Shown: in pieces, positions 1 to 10,142 of the stretch | How the letters are laid out: every line of letters starts with the position of its first letter | Numbering within the stretch: the first letter of the stretch is position 1 | Source: Pseudomonadota bacterium | GTDB lineage: Bacteria > Desulfobacterota > Desulfobacteria > Desulfobacterales > JBDRRP01 | Length of the DNA: 64,000 nt | Direction of reading: 5' to 3' | Assembly: GCA_043825735.1 (NCBI GenBank) | Contig: JBDRRP010000090.1 | Span: 1 to 64,000, forward strand | Notes under the pieces: model-generated | Told to the model about the DNA's origin: nothing | Database searches by the model: none | The model's input: the letters and a program-made list of their open reading frames with translations, nothing else | Made by a program: the position numbers and the translations under genes

Positions 1-72
1 TTGACGGCGCAGCGTGCTTTTGATGCCGGAATGAATCGTGTCCGGCGTTTTCCAAGCACAGCGCCCGGTTTT

Positions 73-100
73 TCGATACCGATAGCGATCCCGATTTCGA
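73..100. repeat. Hexamer (NNCGAT)n repeat; related copies at 661-690, 18480-18603 (inverted pair) and 42669-42740 (inverted pair)
   Basis: CGATACCGATAGCGATCCCGATTTCGA; near-identical runs recur at the listed loci. Confidence 0.75.
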
Positions 101-133
101 GGCCACAGCCCAAACGGATAAGTTAGCGCTTAT

Positions 134-221
134 GGGGTTTATCCCCTCCCGGAACCGGTAAAGATACCCCCAACCGTTTATGCTCAACCCACGACGGGCG
201 GGGATAAACCCCGCACCCTAC
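134..221. repeat. GTAG-type REP doublet (REPIN-like), left copy degenerate
   Basis: GGGGTTTATCCCCTCCCG ... CGGGCGGGGATAAACCCCGCACCCTAC; minus strand reads GTAG followed by a palindrome. Confidence 0.6.
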
Positions 222-756
222 ACTCGATTTAGTGATCCCCAGTGCCGATATGCCATGCGGCGATAGGCGCTTGTGGTGCAACGATGAATTCCGGTTGTGG
301 CTTGAGCTTTTTGATAACCGCTTAACACAATTCGGGACCGCCGCAACCAAAACCAGTTTTCGCGCAGAGGCGCAGCGACGCAGAGCTGCGGAAAAAGATG
401 AACGCCCAGCATTGAACTTCAAACGCTGAACATCAAATGAAAACCCGTACTCTCGCTAAGACGCAAAGCGCGCAAAGAACTGCACGATTGCTGAAACCCA
501 GAAAATCGATCATTTTCCCTGGCATCGGTCGCTGTCACCTGATGTGAAAGTGAATTCGCGCCGCGGGCGATGCCACTCTGATTTTCTTGGCGTTCTTGGC
601 GCCTTGGCGAGAGTGTCGCTATATGGTTTTTCCATTTTCGTATTTCGGGCCCACGTCTTTACGATTTCGATAGCGATCCCGATTTCGATTCGGATGGTTT
701 GCCCCATGCAACCTGCGATAACGTGTACCCATCTGACCCTGTAAAGGAGACGACCC

Positions 757-957
757 GTGCGAAACCTAAACGCATCCGGTGCCGTCGCCATCGGAATCCG
801 CATCGTGGTGTTGCTGGTGCTCATGACGAGCGCCGCAGCGGCCGGGACGGTGTATGAGTGGATCGATGAGCGCGGCGTCATCTATTTGCCCCGGTCGGGA
901 GCTCGTCCGGGGCGGCCGGTGGCGGTGCCGCTGCCTTCCGGGCCGGCCAGTCGCTGA
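757..957 (+). CDS. Short secreted protein with DUF4124-like N-terminus, possibly truncated
   Basis: Signal-peptide-like stretch followed by TVYEWIDERGVIY; GGAG upstream. Confidence 0.4.
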   Translation: MRNLNASGAVAIGIRIVVLLVLMTSAAAAGTVYEWIDERGVIYLPRSGARPGRPVAVPLPSGPASR

Positions 958-969
958 GCCGGCTGCCGG

Positions 970-2475
970 TTACCGTTTTTCGTCAAGCAGCGACTCCTTG
1001 GCTTTCATCCGGGCCGTCTGCATGTCAACCTGCAACCGGTAGGCGATGTAGAACTTCGTGATATTGGTGACATACGTCACCGTCTCCCGCCCGATTTTTT
1101 CCGCGGCAATGACTTCAACATTGAAAAACCATCGGTTGGGATCGAGTTCCCGTTCGGCGGCAAGGCGCCGCATCTGGCTGATTCGTGCAGGGCCGGCGTT
1201 GTAGGATGCCAGGGAAAAGAAGACCCGGTCGGTGGGAGCGATATCGGGTTCGGTGAAATAACGCTGCCGAAGAAAATCGAGGTATTTGGTGCCGGCGTGG
1301 ATGTTGTTTTCCAGCTTGGAGACGGCTTTGACATTAATGTTCTTGTCGGCGGCGGTGCTGGGAAGGACCTGCATGATGCCGACAGCCCCCTGGGGGCTTT
1401 TCTTCTTATTGCTGAAGCCGGACTCCTGGTAGGCCAGCGCGGCCAGAATCAGGGGATCAAACCCGTATTTGTCTCCGTATTTTCTAAACAGCGGAACGAG
1501 CTGGGTAAGTTTTCGGTGCTCGATGCCGGCAACGGCGTTTTTAATCCACCGGCTGTTCTCATAGTAGCGGTTGAAGATGATATTGCCCAGATGGGACCCT
1601 TTTTTGTTTTTTCCGATGAACGCGTTGAGGCTCTTGAGCAGTTCCGGGCTGTCCTTGCGAACAGCCCAGGCGACGGCGCCGCCGCGGTTGATCGCAAGAT
1701 CCTCCCTTACTACGATATCCGGCAACACCCGGGACCAGGCGCGGGCAATATGGCCATCGGCGATGGTGAGATCGATAAGGCCGGCATTGGCCATTTCCAG
1801 GTAGTCTTCAGTCACCAGAAAGGGGTCCAGCTCCCGGATGTGTATCCCGCTGGAAAACCACCCGGCGTGCTCTTTGTTAAAGGCCTTTAAGTGCTCCACA
1901 TAGCTGCTGGCTCTGCGGACGAAGACCGTGCGCCCTTTCAGATCACTGAGACTCGCAATCGCGCTCACCGACGGGCCGGCCACCACCACTTCGCTGATAT
2001 CGGCAATATAGGGATTGGTGAAATCGACCTGTTTTTGCCGGTCGTCCGTGATGGTCAAGCCAGCGGCAGCGATGTCGCCGCGTCCTTCAACGAGGCCGCT
2101 GATGAGCTGGTCGAAGCGAACGGGGATGAATACCACCTGTGTCCAGTCCTTCTTTCTTTTAACCTTACGATTGAGAAACGTTTCGTAGGCTTTCATCAGT
2201 TCATATTCGAATCCGCGTGCGTGACCATCCTCATAAAAAAAGTTGGACCTGCTGTAGTTGACCAGCGCCCGGATGACCCGTCGGGCTTTCAGGGCGGGCA
2301 GATCCCCGGTGACTTTGCGATTTGCCGCCTGGATGAGTGCGTCGGCGGCGTGGCTCCGGGAAATAAAAGGCTGCGCACATAGCGGCAATAGCAGCGCGGT
2401 CGCAAGTGCGATGATTCGGCATCGGCGCACTGCCACGACGATCTGAAAGGCGATTTTTTTTCTGAGCGGCTTCAC
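970..2475 (-). CDS. MltF-like lytic transglycosylase (substrate-binding domain plus SLT domain)
   Basis: GFEYEL and GRGDIAAAGLTIT binding-domain motifs; SLT motifs AYQES, GAVGIMQ, ASYNAGP. Confidence 0.85.
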   Translation of the reverse strand: MKPLRKKIAFQIVVAVRRCRIIALATALLLPLCAQPFISRSHAADALIQAANRKVTGDLPALKARRVIRALVNYSRSNFFYEDGHARGFEYELMKAYETFLNRKVKRKKDWTQVVFIPVRFDQLISGLVEGRGDIAAAGLTITDDRQKQVDFTNPYIADISEVVVAGPSVSAIASLSDLKGRTVFVRRASSYVEHLKAFNKEHAGWFSSGIHIRELDPFLVTEDYLEMANAGLIDLTIADGHIARAWSRVLPDIVVREDLAINRGGAVAWAVRKDSPELLKSLNAFIGKNKKGSHLGNIIFNRYYENSRWIKNAVAGIEHRKLTQLVPLFRKYGDKYGFDPLILAALAYQESGFSNKKKSPQGAVGIMQVLPSTAADKNINVKAVSKLENNIHAGTKYLDFLRQRYFTEPDIAPTDRVFFSLASYNAGPARISQMRRLAAERELDPNRWFFNVEVIAAEKIGRETVTYVTNITKFYIAYRLQVDMQTARMKAKESLLDEKR

Positions 2476-2669
2476 CGTTGGCGTTTCCCCTCTTTGTGAG
2501 ATTTTAGGGCATCAAATCGTGGAATCATAGCAATTTTTCATATCGCATCGGTTTTCTCTACGATATTATTGCCGAAGGCCAGCGCCAGGCGGTGATCAAG
2601 GTCTTGCCCGCGTCGCTGATCGCCGATGTCACCGGCGGTTTTTTTCAAGGTGTGGCGATACACTTTTCC

Positions 2670-2998
2670 CAACAGCCGGCCGAATGGGCCTTTGCCTGGA
2701 TCTGGAACAACCCCGAGGTGACGGTGGTCCTTTCGGGCATGAACGATGAGCACCATATCGATGAAAATATCCGCACGGCGCTTTCGGCACCGAGCCCAAG
2801 CACGCCTCGATGTGTCAGCACTGCGGCCGGTGCGAAGAGAAATGCCCCCAGGGACTGCCCATCCAGGCGCTTTTGGAAGATGTCACCGCCACTTTCGAAA
2901 CCTGCTCCCTGAAGATGATCGCCTTGGTGGCGAAACGGTTTTTCGCGTTTCAGCGGTGGCAGTCGATCAGGAAGGGGCGTGACCGGGCAGCATCCTGA
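2670..2998 (+). pseudogene. Remnant of an aldo/keto reductase with C-terminal 4Fe-4S domain
   Basis: PAEWAFAWIWNNPEVTVVLSGMN in one frame joined to ASMCQHCGRCEEKCPQ in another; N-terminus and linker missing. Confidence 0.7.
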
Positions 2999-3022
2999 CA
3001 AATATGATCGGCCTGGTTAACA

Positions 3023-3051
3023 TTGACATTTGTGACCTCATTAATTAGAAT
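3023..3051 (+). promoter_or_regulatory. Sigma70-type promoter of the first vapBC-type pair
   Basis: TTGACA-17 bp-TAGAAT, followed by an inverted pair TGGACA...TGTCCA. Confidence 0.65.
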
Positions 3052-3100
3052 TGTGGACACAGTTTGAGTTCATGTCCATCATTGACTGAGGACTTTTGCC

Positions 3101-3370
3101 ATGGATACCGTCGGCATCAGAGAGCTTAAAAAGAATCTGAGCGAATATTTGAGACGCGTGAAGGCCGGTCAACAGGTCGTTGTTACGGATAGAAAATCCG
3201 AGATTGCACTGATCGTCCCTTACCGCAAGGCGCAGGAGCGTATCAATATTCTCCAATTAGTGAGCGATGGGACCGCAGTGTGGTCCGGAGCAAAACCCCG
3301 GGGGTTCGCTGACCGGATCCCATGCGCCGGAAACAGCGTTTCCGAGGCTGTGTTGGCTGATAGAAGATGA
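3101..3370 (+). CDS. Phd/YefM family antitoxin
   Basis: MDTVGIRELKKNLSEYLRRVKAGQQVVVTDR signature; 4-bp overlap with the PIN gene. Confidence 0.9.
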   Translation: MDTVGIRELKKNLSEYLRRVKAGQQVVVTDRKSEIALIVPYRKAQERINILQLVSDGTAVWSGAKPRGFADRIPCAGNSVSEAVLADRR

Positions 3371-3792
3371 TTCTCTATCTGGATACCAGCAGCCTGGTCA
3401 AACTTTATGTGGAAGAAAAGGGATCCGGGCAAGTGGCGGAGATGGTTGATCGGGCAGAGGTCTCGGCAACATCCATGATCGCTTACGCAGAGGCCAGGGC
3501 GGCATTCGCCCGACGATTCAGAGAAGCGTCCATTTCTTCCAAGGACTACAAAAAATTGCGACGGGGTTTCGCATCGGACTGGCAAAATTTCTTGTCCATT
3601 CACGTGACCGATGCGTTGGTCCGATTGGCCGGTAATCTTGCCGAAAAACACCGGCTTCGAGGATTCGATGCGGTTCATCTGGCGTCGGCGCTGACCCTGA
3701 AGGAAAAGCTGGCCACCGCGATTACCTTCTCCTGCTTTGACACCGTGCTTCAAGACGCCTCACGGCGGGAACAACTCACGCAGCCTTCATAA
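3367..3792 (+). CDS. vapC: VapC (PIN domain) toxin
   Basis: YLDTSSLVKLYVEE, YAE and LRGFDAVHLASA PIN motifs. Confidence 0.9.
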   Translation: MILYLDTSSLVKLYVEEKGSGQVAEMVDRAEVSATSMIAYAEARAAFARRFREASISSKDYKKLRRGFASDWQNFLSIHVTDALVRLAGNLAEKHRLRGFDAVHLASALTLKEKLATAITFSCFDTVLQDASRREQLTQPS

Positions 3793-3824
3793 TTGGGCCT
3801 TAGCCCGGACCATGAGGAAACACC

Positions 3825-4280
3825 ATGAGCCTCCTTAGACATTCCACCAAGCATGATCTTCTCAAAAAAGTCCCGCTGTTCAGCAAACTGAGCAAATCCA
3901 ATCTGGAAGATATTGCCAAGAGCTCCGATGAGGTATCCTTTCCGGTGGGAACCGTGCTGGCCCGGGAGGGGGAAACCGGTCATGAGTTCGTCTTCGTTCT
4001 GGACGGCGAGGCGCGGGTGGAAAGCGGCGGCGCGGTCATCAACCGTCTGGGGCCCGGCAGTTTTTTCGGTGAGATCGCGCTTCTTGACGGCAAGTCCCGC
4101 ACCGCTTCGGTGATCGCCGACACCGACATGGCGCTGCTGGTTGTTCAATCTCAGTATTTCACGCAGGTGCTTGAAAAGGCGCCCAAATTGCAGATGGAGA
4201 TCATTTCCGCCCTCTGCCGGTACCTTCGGGAGGCCCAGAGCCAGAAGTGCGACGGGGCGTCAGAACCGATCAACGCGTGA
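3825..4280 (+). CDS. Stand-alone cyclic nucleotide-binding domain protein
   Basis: VPLFSKL; GSFFGEIALLDGKSRTASV phosphate-binding cassette; no HTH. Confidence 0.85.
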   Translation: MSLLRHSTKHDLLKKVPLFSKLSKSNLEDIAKSSDEVSFPVGTVLAREGETGHEFVFVLDGEARVESGGAVINRLGPGSFFGEIALLDGKSRTASVIADTDMALLVVQSQYFTQVLEKAPKLQMEIISALCRYLREAQSQKCDGASEPINA

Positions 4281-4785
4281 TCAGTGGGTTCTCCCGGATT
4301 TTGGCAAGGGCATCGCGCAAGGCCTGCCGCGGCGGGCTGCCGCCACTGAAGAGCACCCGATTGTCCACCACCAGGGCCGGCACCCCCATAACACCGTAGC
4401 CGGCGATCGCTTTCATATCCCTGACATGCTCCACATCAGCGGGCAGGTTCAGCTCGCTCAGGACAGCCACCACGTCGGCCATGAGCCGGTCGCACTGGGC
4501 GCAGCCGGGTCCGAGTACCCGGACGCTTATGACCTCCGGTTCGGTCTCTGCCACCGCCTGGCCCAGATATCGGCGGAATTCCCTGACCAGGGCGGCGCCG
4601 TAACCGGTGTGGACATGGGCGGGGATGTAGTTCTCCCGGGAGAGCCGCTCGATGAGGGCGTGGGCGATCACCGCGTCGCTTCGGTCGGTATCGTCCAGGG
4701 CAATCGCTTCAAAGGCCTCCATGAGTCCGACGAGCCCGACGCGGTGCGCGCCGATCTGAATTTGCGTCACAGGTTTTTCAGTCAT
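4270..4785 (-). CDS. Thioredoxin-family (small redox-active disulfide) protein with N-terminal extension
   Basis: VLGPGCAQC and YGVMGVPALVVD. Confidence 0.8.
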   Translation of the reverse strand: MTEKPVTQIQIGAHRVGLVGLMEAFEAIALDDTDRSDAVIAHALIERLSRENYIPAHVHTGYGAALVREFRRYLGQAVAETEPEVISVRVLGPGCAQCDRLMADVVAVLSELNLPADVEHVRDMKAIAGYGVMGVPALVVDNRVLFSGGSPPRQALRDALAKIRENPLITR

Positions 4786-4806
4786 CTCATTTCTCGCCGT
4801 CGAAAC

Positions 4807-4944
4807 TTGATCAGTCCCGTAAAAAGTCTGAAATAACCACAGAGGACGCAGAGATCACAGAGGTAAACCACTAATTATTAAACATATTCTCTGCGTCCCT
4901 CTGCGTTCTCTGCGGTTCAAAATCACTTTTTACGGATTCATCAA
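4807..4944. repeat. TTGAT...ATCAA-bounded palindromic element (family A), interior of CGCAGAG 9-mer type
   Basis: TTGATCAGTCCCGTAAAAAGT ... CTTTTTACGGATTCATCAA; near reverse complement of 14074-14210. Confidence 0.85.
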
Positions 4945-5086
4945 AGAAAAGAACCAAAAACAACAATGACACCGTTCACGGTTCAGGATCTGTCGATTCT
5001 TGAAGTGACTTTAGTCGTTTTGGTCCTTTTCGTCCTTTTGGTCTTTTACGCCTTGTCTGAGGTGGATACCTTCCGTGGGCGAGCGA

Positions 5087-5944
5087 TCAGGCCGGGGGTG
5101 TCTCCTTTGCCGCCGGTTTGATCCAGTGGCCGTCTTTTCGGTATTCTCCGCTGATCTCCTTGAGCTGGGCCTTGTTTTTGAGAAACCGCTCCTTCATGTC
5201 CATGAGCCAGCTCTGGTGGGCCAGGGCGATCTCGTCGGCGAAGAAAAGATCGTGGCCGGTCTTGTCGATTTCGAACCGGGGAACGCCCCCGTCGGTCACC
5301 ATCCGCCCCGGGTTGCTGCACAGCATGCAGCGCACGCGCTCGGTGTCCAGAAAGCGAAAGGTGTCCCCGCCGCACAGCGGGCAGGCCACCGGGGTGGGCG
5401 GTTCGGCCGGGCCGATGAGGGCGGTGGCCAGCTCTTTGACGGCCTGCCGGTTCTCCTCGCTTAAGAACACCTCGCCGGGTAGTGCGCCGTAAAGGATCCG
5501 AGTGGCCTTCACCTCGGAGAGCATGATTTTTTGGAACCGGTGGATTTCGAGCCGGGTGCAGCCCTCCTTGCCGGCGATGCCGGCAATACCCACGGCCACC
5601 GACGGCTTGTGCCAGAGCTGCTCGGCACGGGCGTAGAAGGAAAGACCCCGGTCCAGAAGATCTTTGAGGCGGGCGTTGGCTCCCAAAAAGTAGGTGGGAA
5701 CGGCCAGAATGAAAGCGTCGCAATCGGCCAGAGCGTCGATGACGGCGCCCATATCGTCGTCAAGGACGCACTTTCCCTTGAACAGACACTGGTAGCACCC
5801 GATGCAGGGCATGATCCTGAAATCGGAGAGTCTCAGCAGGCTCAGATCGTGATCGGTGCCGATCTCACGGCTGATGGCTTTCACAAGAATTTCCGAGTTG
5901 CCCAGCTTTCGCGGCGAGCCGATGATGCCCAGCAGTTTTTTCAT
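5087..5944 (-). CDS. Flavodoxin/iron-sulfur flavoprotein (NADPH-dependent FMN reductase family) with C-terminal CxxC..CxxC
   Basis: GSPRKLGNSE; CIGCYQC-x5-C; PTYF; CPLC...CMLC. Confidence 0.8.
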   Translation of the reverse strand: MKKLLGIIGSPRKLGNSEILVKAISREIGTDHDLSLLRLSDFRIMPCIGCYQCLFKGKCVLDDDMGAVIDALADCDAFILAVPTYFLGANARLKDLLDRGLSFYARAEQLWHKPSVAVGIAGIAGKEGCTRLEIHRFQKIMLSEVKATRILYGALPGEVFLSEENRQAVKELATALIGPAEPPTPVACPLCGGDTFRFLDTERVRCMLCSNPGRMVTDGGVPRFEIDKTGHDLFFADEIALAHQSWLMDMKERFLKNKAQLKEISGEYRKDGHWIKPAAKETPPA

Positions 5945-5966
5945 TTCACGATGCCCCTTTCGTCAA

Positions 5967-6788
5967 TCAGCCTTCAATACCGAGCACCCGCCGGGGGTTG
6001 GACTCCAGCAGCAGTTCCCGGGCATTGTCGTTGAGCTTCAGCCGGTCCAGCTCTTCCATGATGCGCACCCGGGTGAGCAGCGGGTAGTCGCTGCCGAAAA
6101 GGGCCTTGTATTTGAGCGGGCCGTTGATCTGGGTGATCACCGGCTCGGGGATGTAGCGCGGCGCCCACCCGGCGATGTTGAAGTAGACATTGGGGTTTCT
6201 CGTGACCACCGCGAGCCCCTCATAAAACCAGGGATAGCCGAAATGGGCCATGATGATGGTGAGCTTTGGGAAATCCACGGCCACGTCGTCCAGATCCACC
6301 GGCATGCCGTACTTGATTTTTGTCCCGGCATGAAACTGGGTGCCGGTGTGGAAAAGTACCGGTATGCCGAGCCCGGCGGCAGTTTCGTACAGGGGATACA
6401 TGGCCGGATCGTTGGCGTGCAGCCGGTGCAGGTGTGGCAGCAGTTTCAGTCCCCGGAGCCCGAGCTCGGTCACCGCACGGATCAGCCCGTCGCAGGCCAG
6501 TTTCCCCTTGTGGGGATCGGCGCCGGCAAATCCGATGAGCCGGTCTGGGTGGCTGGCCACGGCCTCGGCCACCAACTCGTTGGAGACCCGGTAGCGGAAC
6601 GTGGTTTCGGCATCAAGGCCGACGATGACCGCTTTGGCGACGCCGGCGGCGTCCATATCGGCGATGGTGTCTTCAATGGTGGGCATGGCTATTTCGGTGA
6701 ACATGGCCCGGTAGCCGGCGGCCATCTCTTCGGGGAAACTTTCGATGGCCTCGCCGGTAAACAGCTGCGAATGGGTATCGATGATCAT
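5967..6788 (-). CDS. Amidohydrolase family 2 protein
   Basis: IIDTH, GLKL, PVLFHTG, IMAHFGYPW, LFGSDYP. Confidence 0.9.
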   Translation of the reverse strand: MIIDTHSQLFTGEAIESFPEEMAAGYRAMFTEIAMPTIEDTIADMDAAGVAKAVIVGLDAETTFRYRVSNELVAEAVASHPDRLIGFAGADPHKGKLACDGLIRAVTELGLRGLKLLPHLHRLHANDPAMYPLYETAAGLGIPVLFHTGTQFHAGTKIKYGMPVDLDDVAVDFPKLTIIMAHFGYPWFYEGLAVVTRNPNVYFNIAGWAPRYIPEPVITQINGPLKYKALFGSDYPLLTRVRIMEELDRLKLNDNARELLLESNPRRVLGIEG

Positions 6789-7807
6789 GCGAGGTTCTCC
6801 ATGGCGGTAGTGATGGCCCCCGGCGACAGGACGCGGATTCCGGCGGCGTCAAGATCTTTCAGGCAATCGGGCCATGCCTGGGGCGGCAGCCAGCCCGGCG
6901 ATGCCGGAAAATGGGAACGACGGCGACGGGCCGCAGCGGTTTCTGCTGCTGAGGTGCCGCCCATGATCACGGCGGGGGTAGCGTCGGGTGGCAGGGGCGT
7001 GGCACCGGGGGACACGATGATGAAAGCCAAATCATCTCCGCCGAGGATGCGCTTCAGACGGGGGGCACGCCCGGTGAAGACGGCGGCGGCCAGTCGAACG
7101 ATGGTATCGACATCGGTTGCGGCCGGGGGACTCAGATCATGCCAGCCGTCGGTTGCCAGCAGAATACACCAGTGCGCGTCGTCCAGCACGACATCCCTGC
7201 CGGTGGGAACGTTTTTGCTTCTGCCGGCGAATGTCATGTCCGAGGCGCTTTGATGAACCACCCGCGCGTCCGTGGTGGAAATGACGGCGGCAAAGGAGTC
7301 TCCGCCGCTGGTGATACGGGCGACCGACCGGCCCTTTTCCGAGCGCAGCGCCACGCAGCAGAAGGTGCTGCGGGCAGTATATGCCTGGTCGGCAAAGGCC
7401 GCGGCGACGGCAGCGTCCATCTCGCGCGGCGACGGCGGGCCGCCGCCGCGGGGCAGGGCGGCGTGAAAATGCTCCAGCAGCGCTCTCGAAGCTTGCGGGC
7501 AGCGATCACTGGCGTCGGCAACGGCATAGATCCCCCGTTGCGCATCGATGAGCAGGCAGTCGCCGATACCGTAGCCGTTGTCTGCGCCGGACTGCCCCGG
7601 AGCCAGCCCGGCCAAAAACATATCCGGCTGCCAGATCATTCGGTCTCGGGGATGGACGGACAGCGGCCGATCGGTTCGGATGTCGGCTGTTGGGCTTGGC
7701 AAGAGGGTCTTCCTCACGTTGATGACGGTCTGCCGCGGGGTAACGGCACCACTGCGCGGGCGAATGCCAGATTTCGGGTATCGCATTTCAGGTGCCAGTT
7801 GGTGCAT
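6785..7807 (-). CDS. PP2C/SpoIIE-like phosphatase-fold protein (start uncertain)
   Basis: GDCL, YAVAD, GGDS, LATDG and GDD motifs in PP2C order; 4-bp overlap with the amidohydrolase. Confidence 0.6.
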   Translation of the reverse strand: MHQLAPEMRYPKSGIRPRSGAVTPRQTVINVRKTLLPSPTADIRTDRPLSVHPRDRMIWQPDMFLAGLAPGQSGADNGYGIGDCLLIDAQRGIYAVADASDRCPQASRALLEHFHAALPRGGGPPSPREMDAAVAAAFADQAYTARSTFCCVALRSEKGRSVARITSGGDSFAAVISTTDARVVHQSASDMTFAGRSKNVPTGRDVVLDDAHWCILLATDGWHDLSPPAATDVDTIVRLAAAVFTGRAPRLKRILGGDDLAFIIVSPGATPLPPDATPAVIMGGTSAAETAAARRRRSHFPASPGWLPPQAWPDCLKDLDAAGIRVLSPGAITTAMENLA

Positions 7808-8195
7808 TGACAACTGGTTTTCCCATCTGAAAGTCACAATGCCTTCATCTAACACCGAAAACTTAAAACTTAAAACTCAAATCTGACAAACTCGAAAAAA
7901 AGCAATTTTCTCGCAAAGACGCCAGGCACGCCAAGAAAAACATCATTAATATCAATGCGTAAGCTTTGCGAACGGTGCTCTTCGACTTCGCTCAGGGCCG
8001 TGAGCCTGTCGAACGGCGACGTTACACGATTTACTGATTCCCGGTGCCCCTAAGGAATGCCGAGGTGGGCGCTATGTTGAAACGACGAATTTCATATGCC
8101 ACAACAGTGCCTGCCCATTTGGAGCATGAACAGGCACTCAAACACAGGCTGCCGGCATCGCAACACGGAAAATCAAGACGCTGCTGAAACGCCTC

Positions 8196-8660
8196 TCAGT
8201 CGACCACCCTAAAGAACCGGATATCACGGATGGTGCCTTTTCGCGCTTCTGCGAACACCGGCGCCACCCGGGCACCGATCCGCACGCGGGTTTCATCGTC
8301 GATGGCGATGAAGTGTTGAAACAGGGTGTCGGCGCCGTCGAAGCGGATGAAACCGTAGCCGTAGGGGACGGGTTTTTGTTCGCCGGTTTCCGGATCGATG
8401 AAGGCGTAGCGCAAAATGGTGAAGGTGCCGATGGTGCCCTCCGGCCCCACTTCCACCCAGTCGGTCATCTCCCGAAAGCAGGGGCCGCAAACCTTGCGCG
8501 GCGGCACATAGACCTTGCCGCAGTCGGGGCATCGCACTGCCATGATGCGCCGGTTGTCGCGCAGTTCTTCGAAGAATTTGCTGCCGTACATGCCAACGGC
8601 GTATCTGAATGGCTGGGCGGCATCCCCGGAGCTGATGATGAGGCGTTCGGTTTCAATCAC
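8196..8660 (-). CDS. Zn-ribbon/OB-fold (DUF35) protein
   Basis: RCPDCGKVYVPPRKVCGPC; OB-fold C-terminus IGARVAPVF. Confidence 0.9.
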   Translation of the reverse strand: MIETERLIISSGDAAQPFRYAVGMYGSKFFEELRDNRRIMAVRCPDCGKVYVPPRKVCGPCFREMTDWVEVGPEGTIGTFTILRYAFIDPETGEQKPVPYGYGFIRFDGADTLFQHFIAIDDETRVRIGARVAPVFAEARKGTIRDIRFFRVVD

Positions 8661-8700
8661 TGGTTGTCTCCCTGGTGACTAATACGATTCAAGCCGTTTA

Positions 8701-8804
8701 AACCACGAAGTGCACGAAGACCACGAAGAGGTAATGGTTTCTGTCGTTTGCTGCCGGGTGTAATGAGCGAAATTATCTTCGTGTCCTTAGTGATCTTTGT
8801 GGTT
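8701..8804. repeat. 9-mer-periodic inverted repeat (family B, AACCACGAAG..CTTCGTGGTT); also 16310-16381, 31232-31316, 44096-44180, 45399-45467
   Basis: Runs of CACGAAG units followed by their reverse complements across an AT-rich spacer at five intergenic loci. Confidence 0.85.
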
Positions 8805-8833
8805 TCTCATTACGGTTAATCAAAACACTGTTC

Positions 8834-9997
8834 TTAAAAATCCGGTTTCTTCCGTCCGTGTAGCAGAATGTCGGTCCAGAAGCAGCCGCCGAAACCGGTG
8901 CTCAGGGCCAGCTCCACGTCTGGCACCTGGCGCTGCCCGGCCTTGCCCATGACCTGGAGCGCCGCTTCGGCGCAGCGAATCAGTCCCGTGGCGCCGATGG
9001 GGTTGCAGGCGATGACGCCGCCGGAGGGGTTGATGGGAAGCTCTCCGCCCATGTCGGTGGCGCCGCTCCAGATAAGATCGGCCCCTTTGCCGTGAGGCGC
9101 CAGGCCCAGGTCTTCGATCCACATGATGCCGGCAAAACTATAGGGCTGGTAGAGTTCGATGACCCCGATTTCCTTGAGCGGTTCCCGGATGCCGGCCTTG
9201 GCGTAGATCTCGGCGGAGGCCTCGGCCATGCTGTCCAAACGGCCGTAGGTGGCATCACTCAGGTAGCTGTAAGTGTGCCGGCTTGCCGTTGCCCAGATCC
9301 AGTCGGGCTTTGGGCACAGCTTTTCCGCGCTGTCTTCGCTGGCCATGATCACCGCGCAGGCCCCGTCGGTGCGGGGGCAGACATCGAGCAGGTGGATGGG
9401 ATCGGCCAGCATGGGCGAGTTCAGCACGTCCGCCACGCTGATCTCTTTTCGAAGCTGGGCGTGGGGGTTGTTCATGGCGTGCTTCCGGTCGCGCACCGCC
9501 ACCCGGGCGGCGTCCTTTTCCGTGGCACCATAGCGGGCCATGTAGGCCTGGGCCTCGGCCGCGAGACCGGAAATGGCCCCGGCAAACACCAGGCGGTCCC
9601 ACACCGGGTCAAAGGCTGTGGTAATGGCGCCGGTCGTGTCCGACTCCGAGTTTTTTTCCCAACCGATGACCAGAACCTTGTCGAAAAGACCCGAGCCCAC
9701 CAAGTGGGTGCCGCCGATGGCCAGCGTGCTTCCCGTGGTGCCGCCGGTGGTGAGCTTGATGACCGGTTTCATGCGGCCGCCGGCGCCGTCCACGCTCCAG
9801 CAGTCTACGTAGTTGATGCCTTCAAAATGATCCATGTTGCCGATGATCACCGCGTCGATATCGCCAATAGTGAGATCGGCATCGTCCAGGGCGGCGCGAA
9901 CCGCCTCGTTGATGAGTTCCTGGCCGTTGACATCCGGGCGGTGGCTCTTGTGAAAGGTTTGTCCGGTGCCCACGATGGCCACGCGTTTTTTACCCAT
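8834..9997 (-). CDS. Thiolase-fold protein lacking the catalytic Cys (Ltp3-like)
   Basis: TTGGTTGS at the usual Cys position; GWEKNSES; ELYQPYSF; INPSGG..CNPIGATG. Confidence 0.8.
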   Translation of the reverse strand: MGKKRVAIVGTGQTFHKSHRPDVNGQELINEAVRAALDDADLTIGDIDAVIIGNMDHFEGINYVDCWSVDGAGGRMKPVIKLTTGGTTGSTLAIGGTHLVGSGLFDKVLVIGWEKNSESDTTGAITTAFDPVWDRLVFAGAISGLAAEAQAYMARYGATEKDAARVAVRDRKHAMNNPHAQLRKEISVADVLNSPMLADPIHLLDVCPRTDGACAVIMASEDSAEKLCPKPDWIWATASRHTYSYLSDATYGRLDSMAEASAEIYAKAGIREPLKEIGVIELYQPYSFAGIMWIEDLGLAPHGKGADLIWSGATDMGGELPINPSGGVIACNPIGATGLIRCAEAALQVMGKAGQRQVPDVELALSTGFGGCFWTDILLHGRKKPDF

Positions 9998-10009
9998 CTT
10001 TCTCTCCTA

Positions 10010-10142
10010 TGGCGGCGTCAATTCGCTTGTCATATGGTCGCTGCGCGACCGTCATTTGCCGGCTCCGCCGGCGTCAATCGCTCGCTGCGCTTCGCTGTCA
10101 ATGACGCGTCGAAGACGCTTGTGACGCGCCGCAGGCGCAATT
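10010..10142. repeat. Short divergent array of TGAC plus mini-hairpin units (family D)
   Basis: Minus-strand units TGAC-GGTCGC-GCA-GCGACC and TGAC-GCCGGC-GGA-GCCGGC; plus-strand TGAC-GCGTC-GAA-GACGC and TGAC-GCGCC-GCA-GGCGC. Confidence 0.75.
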
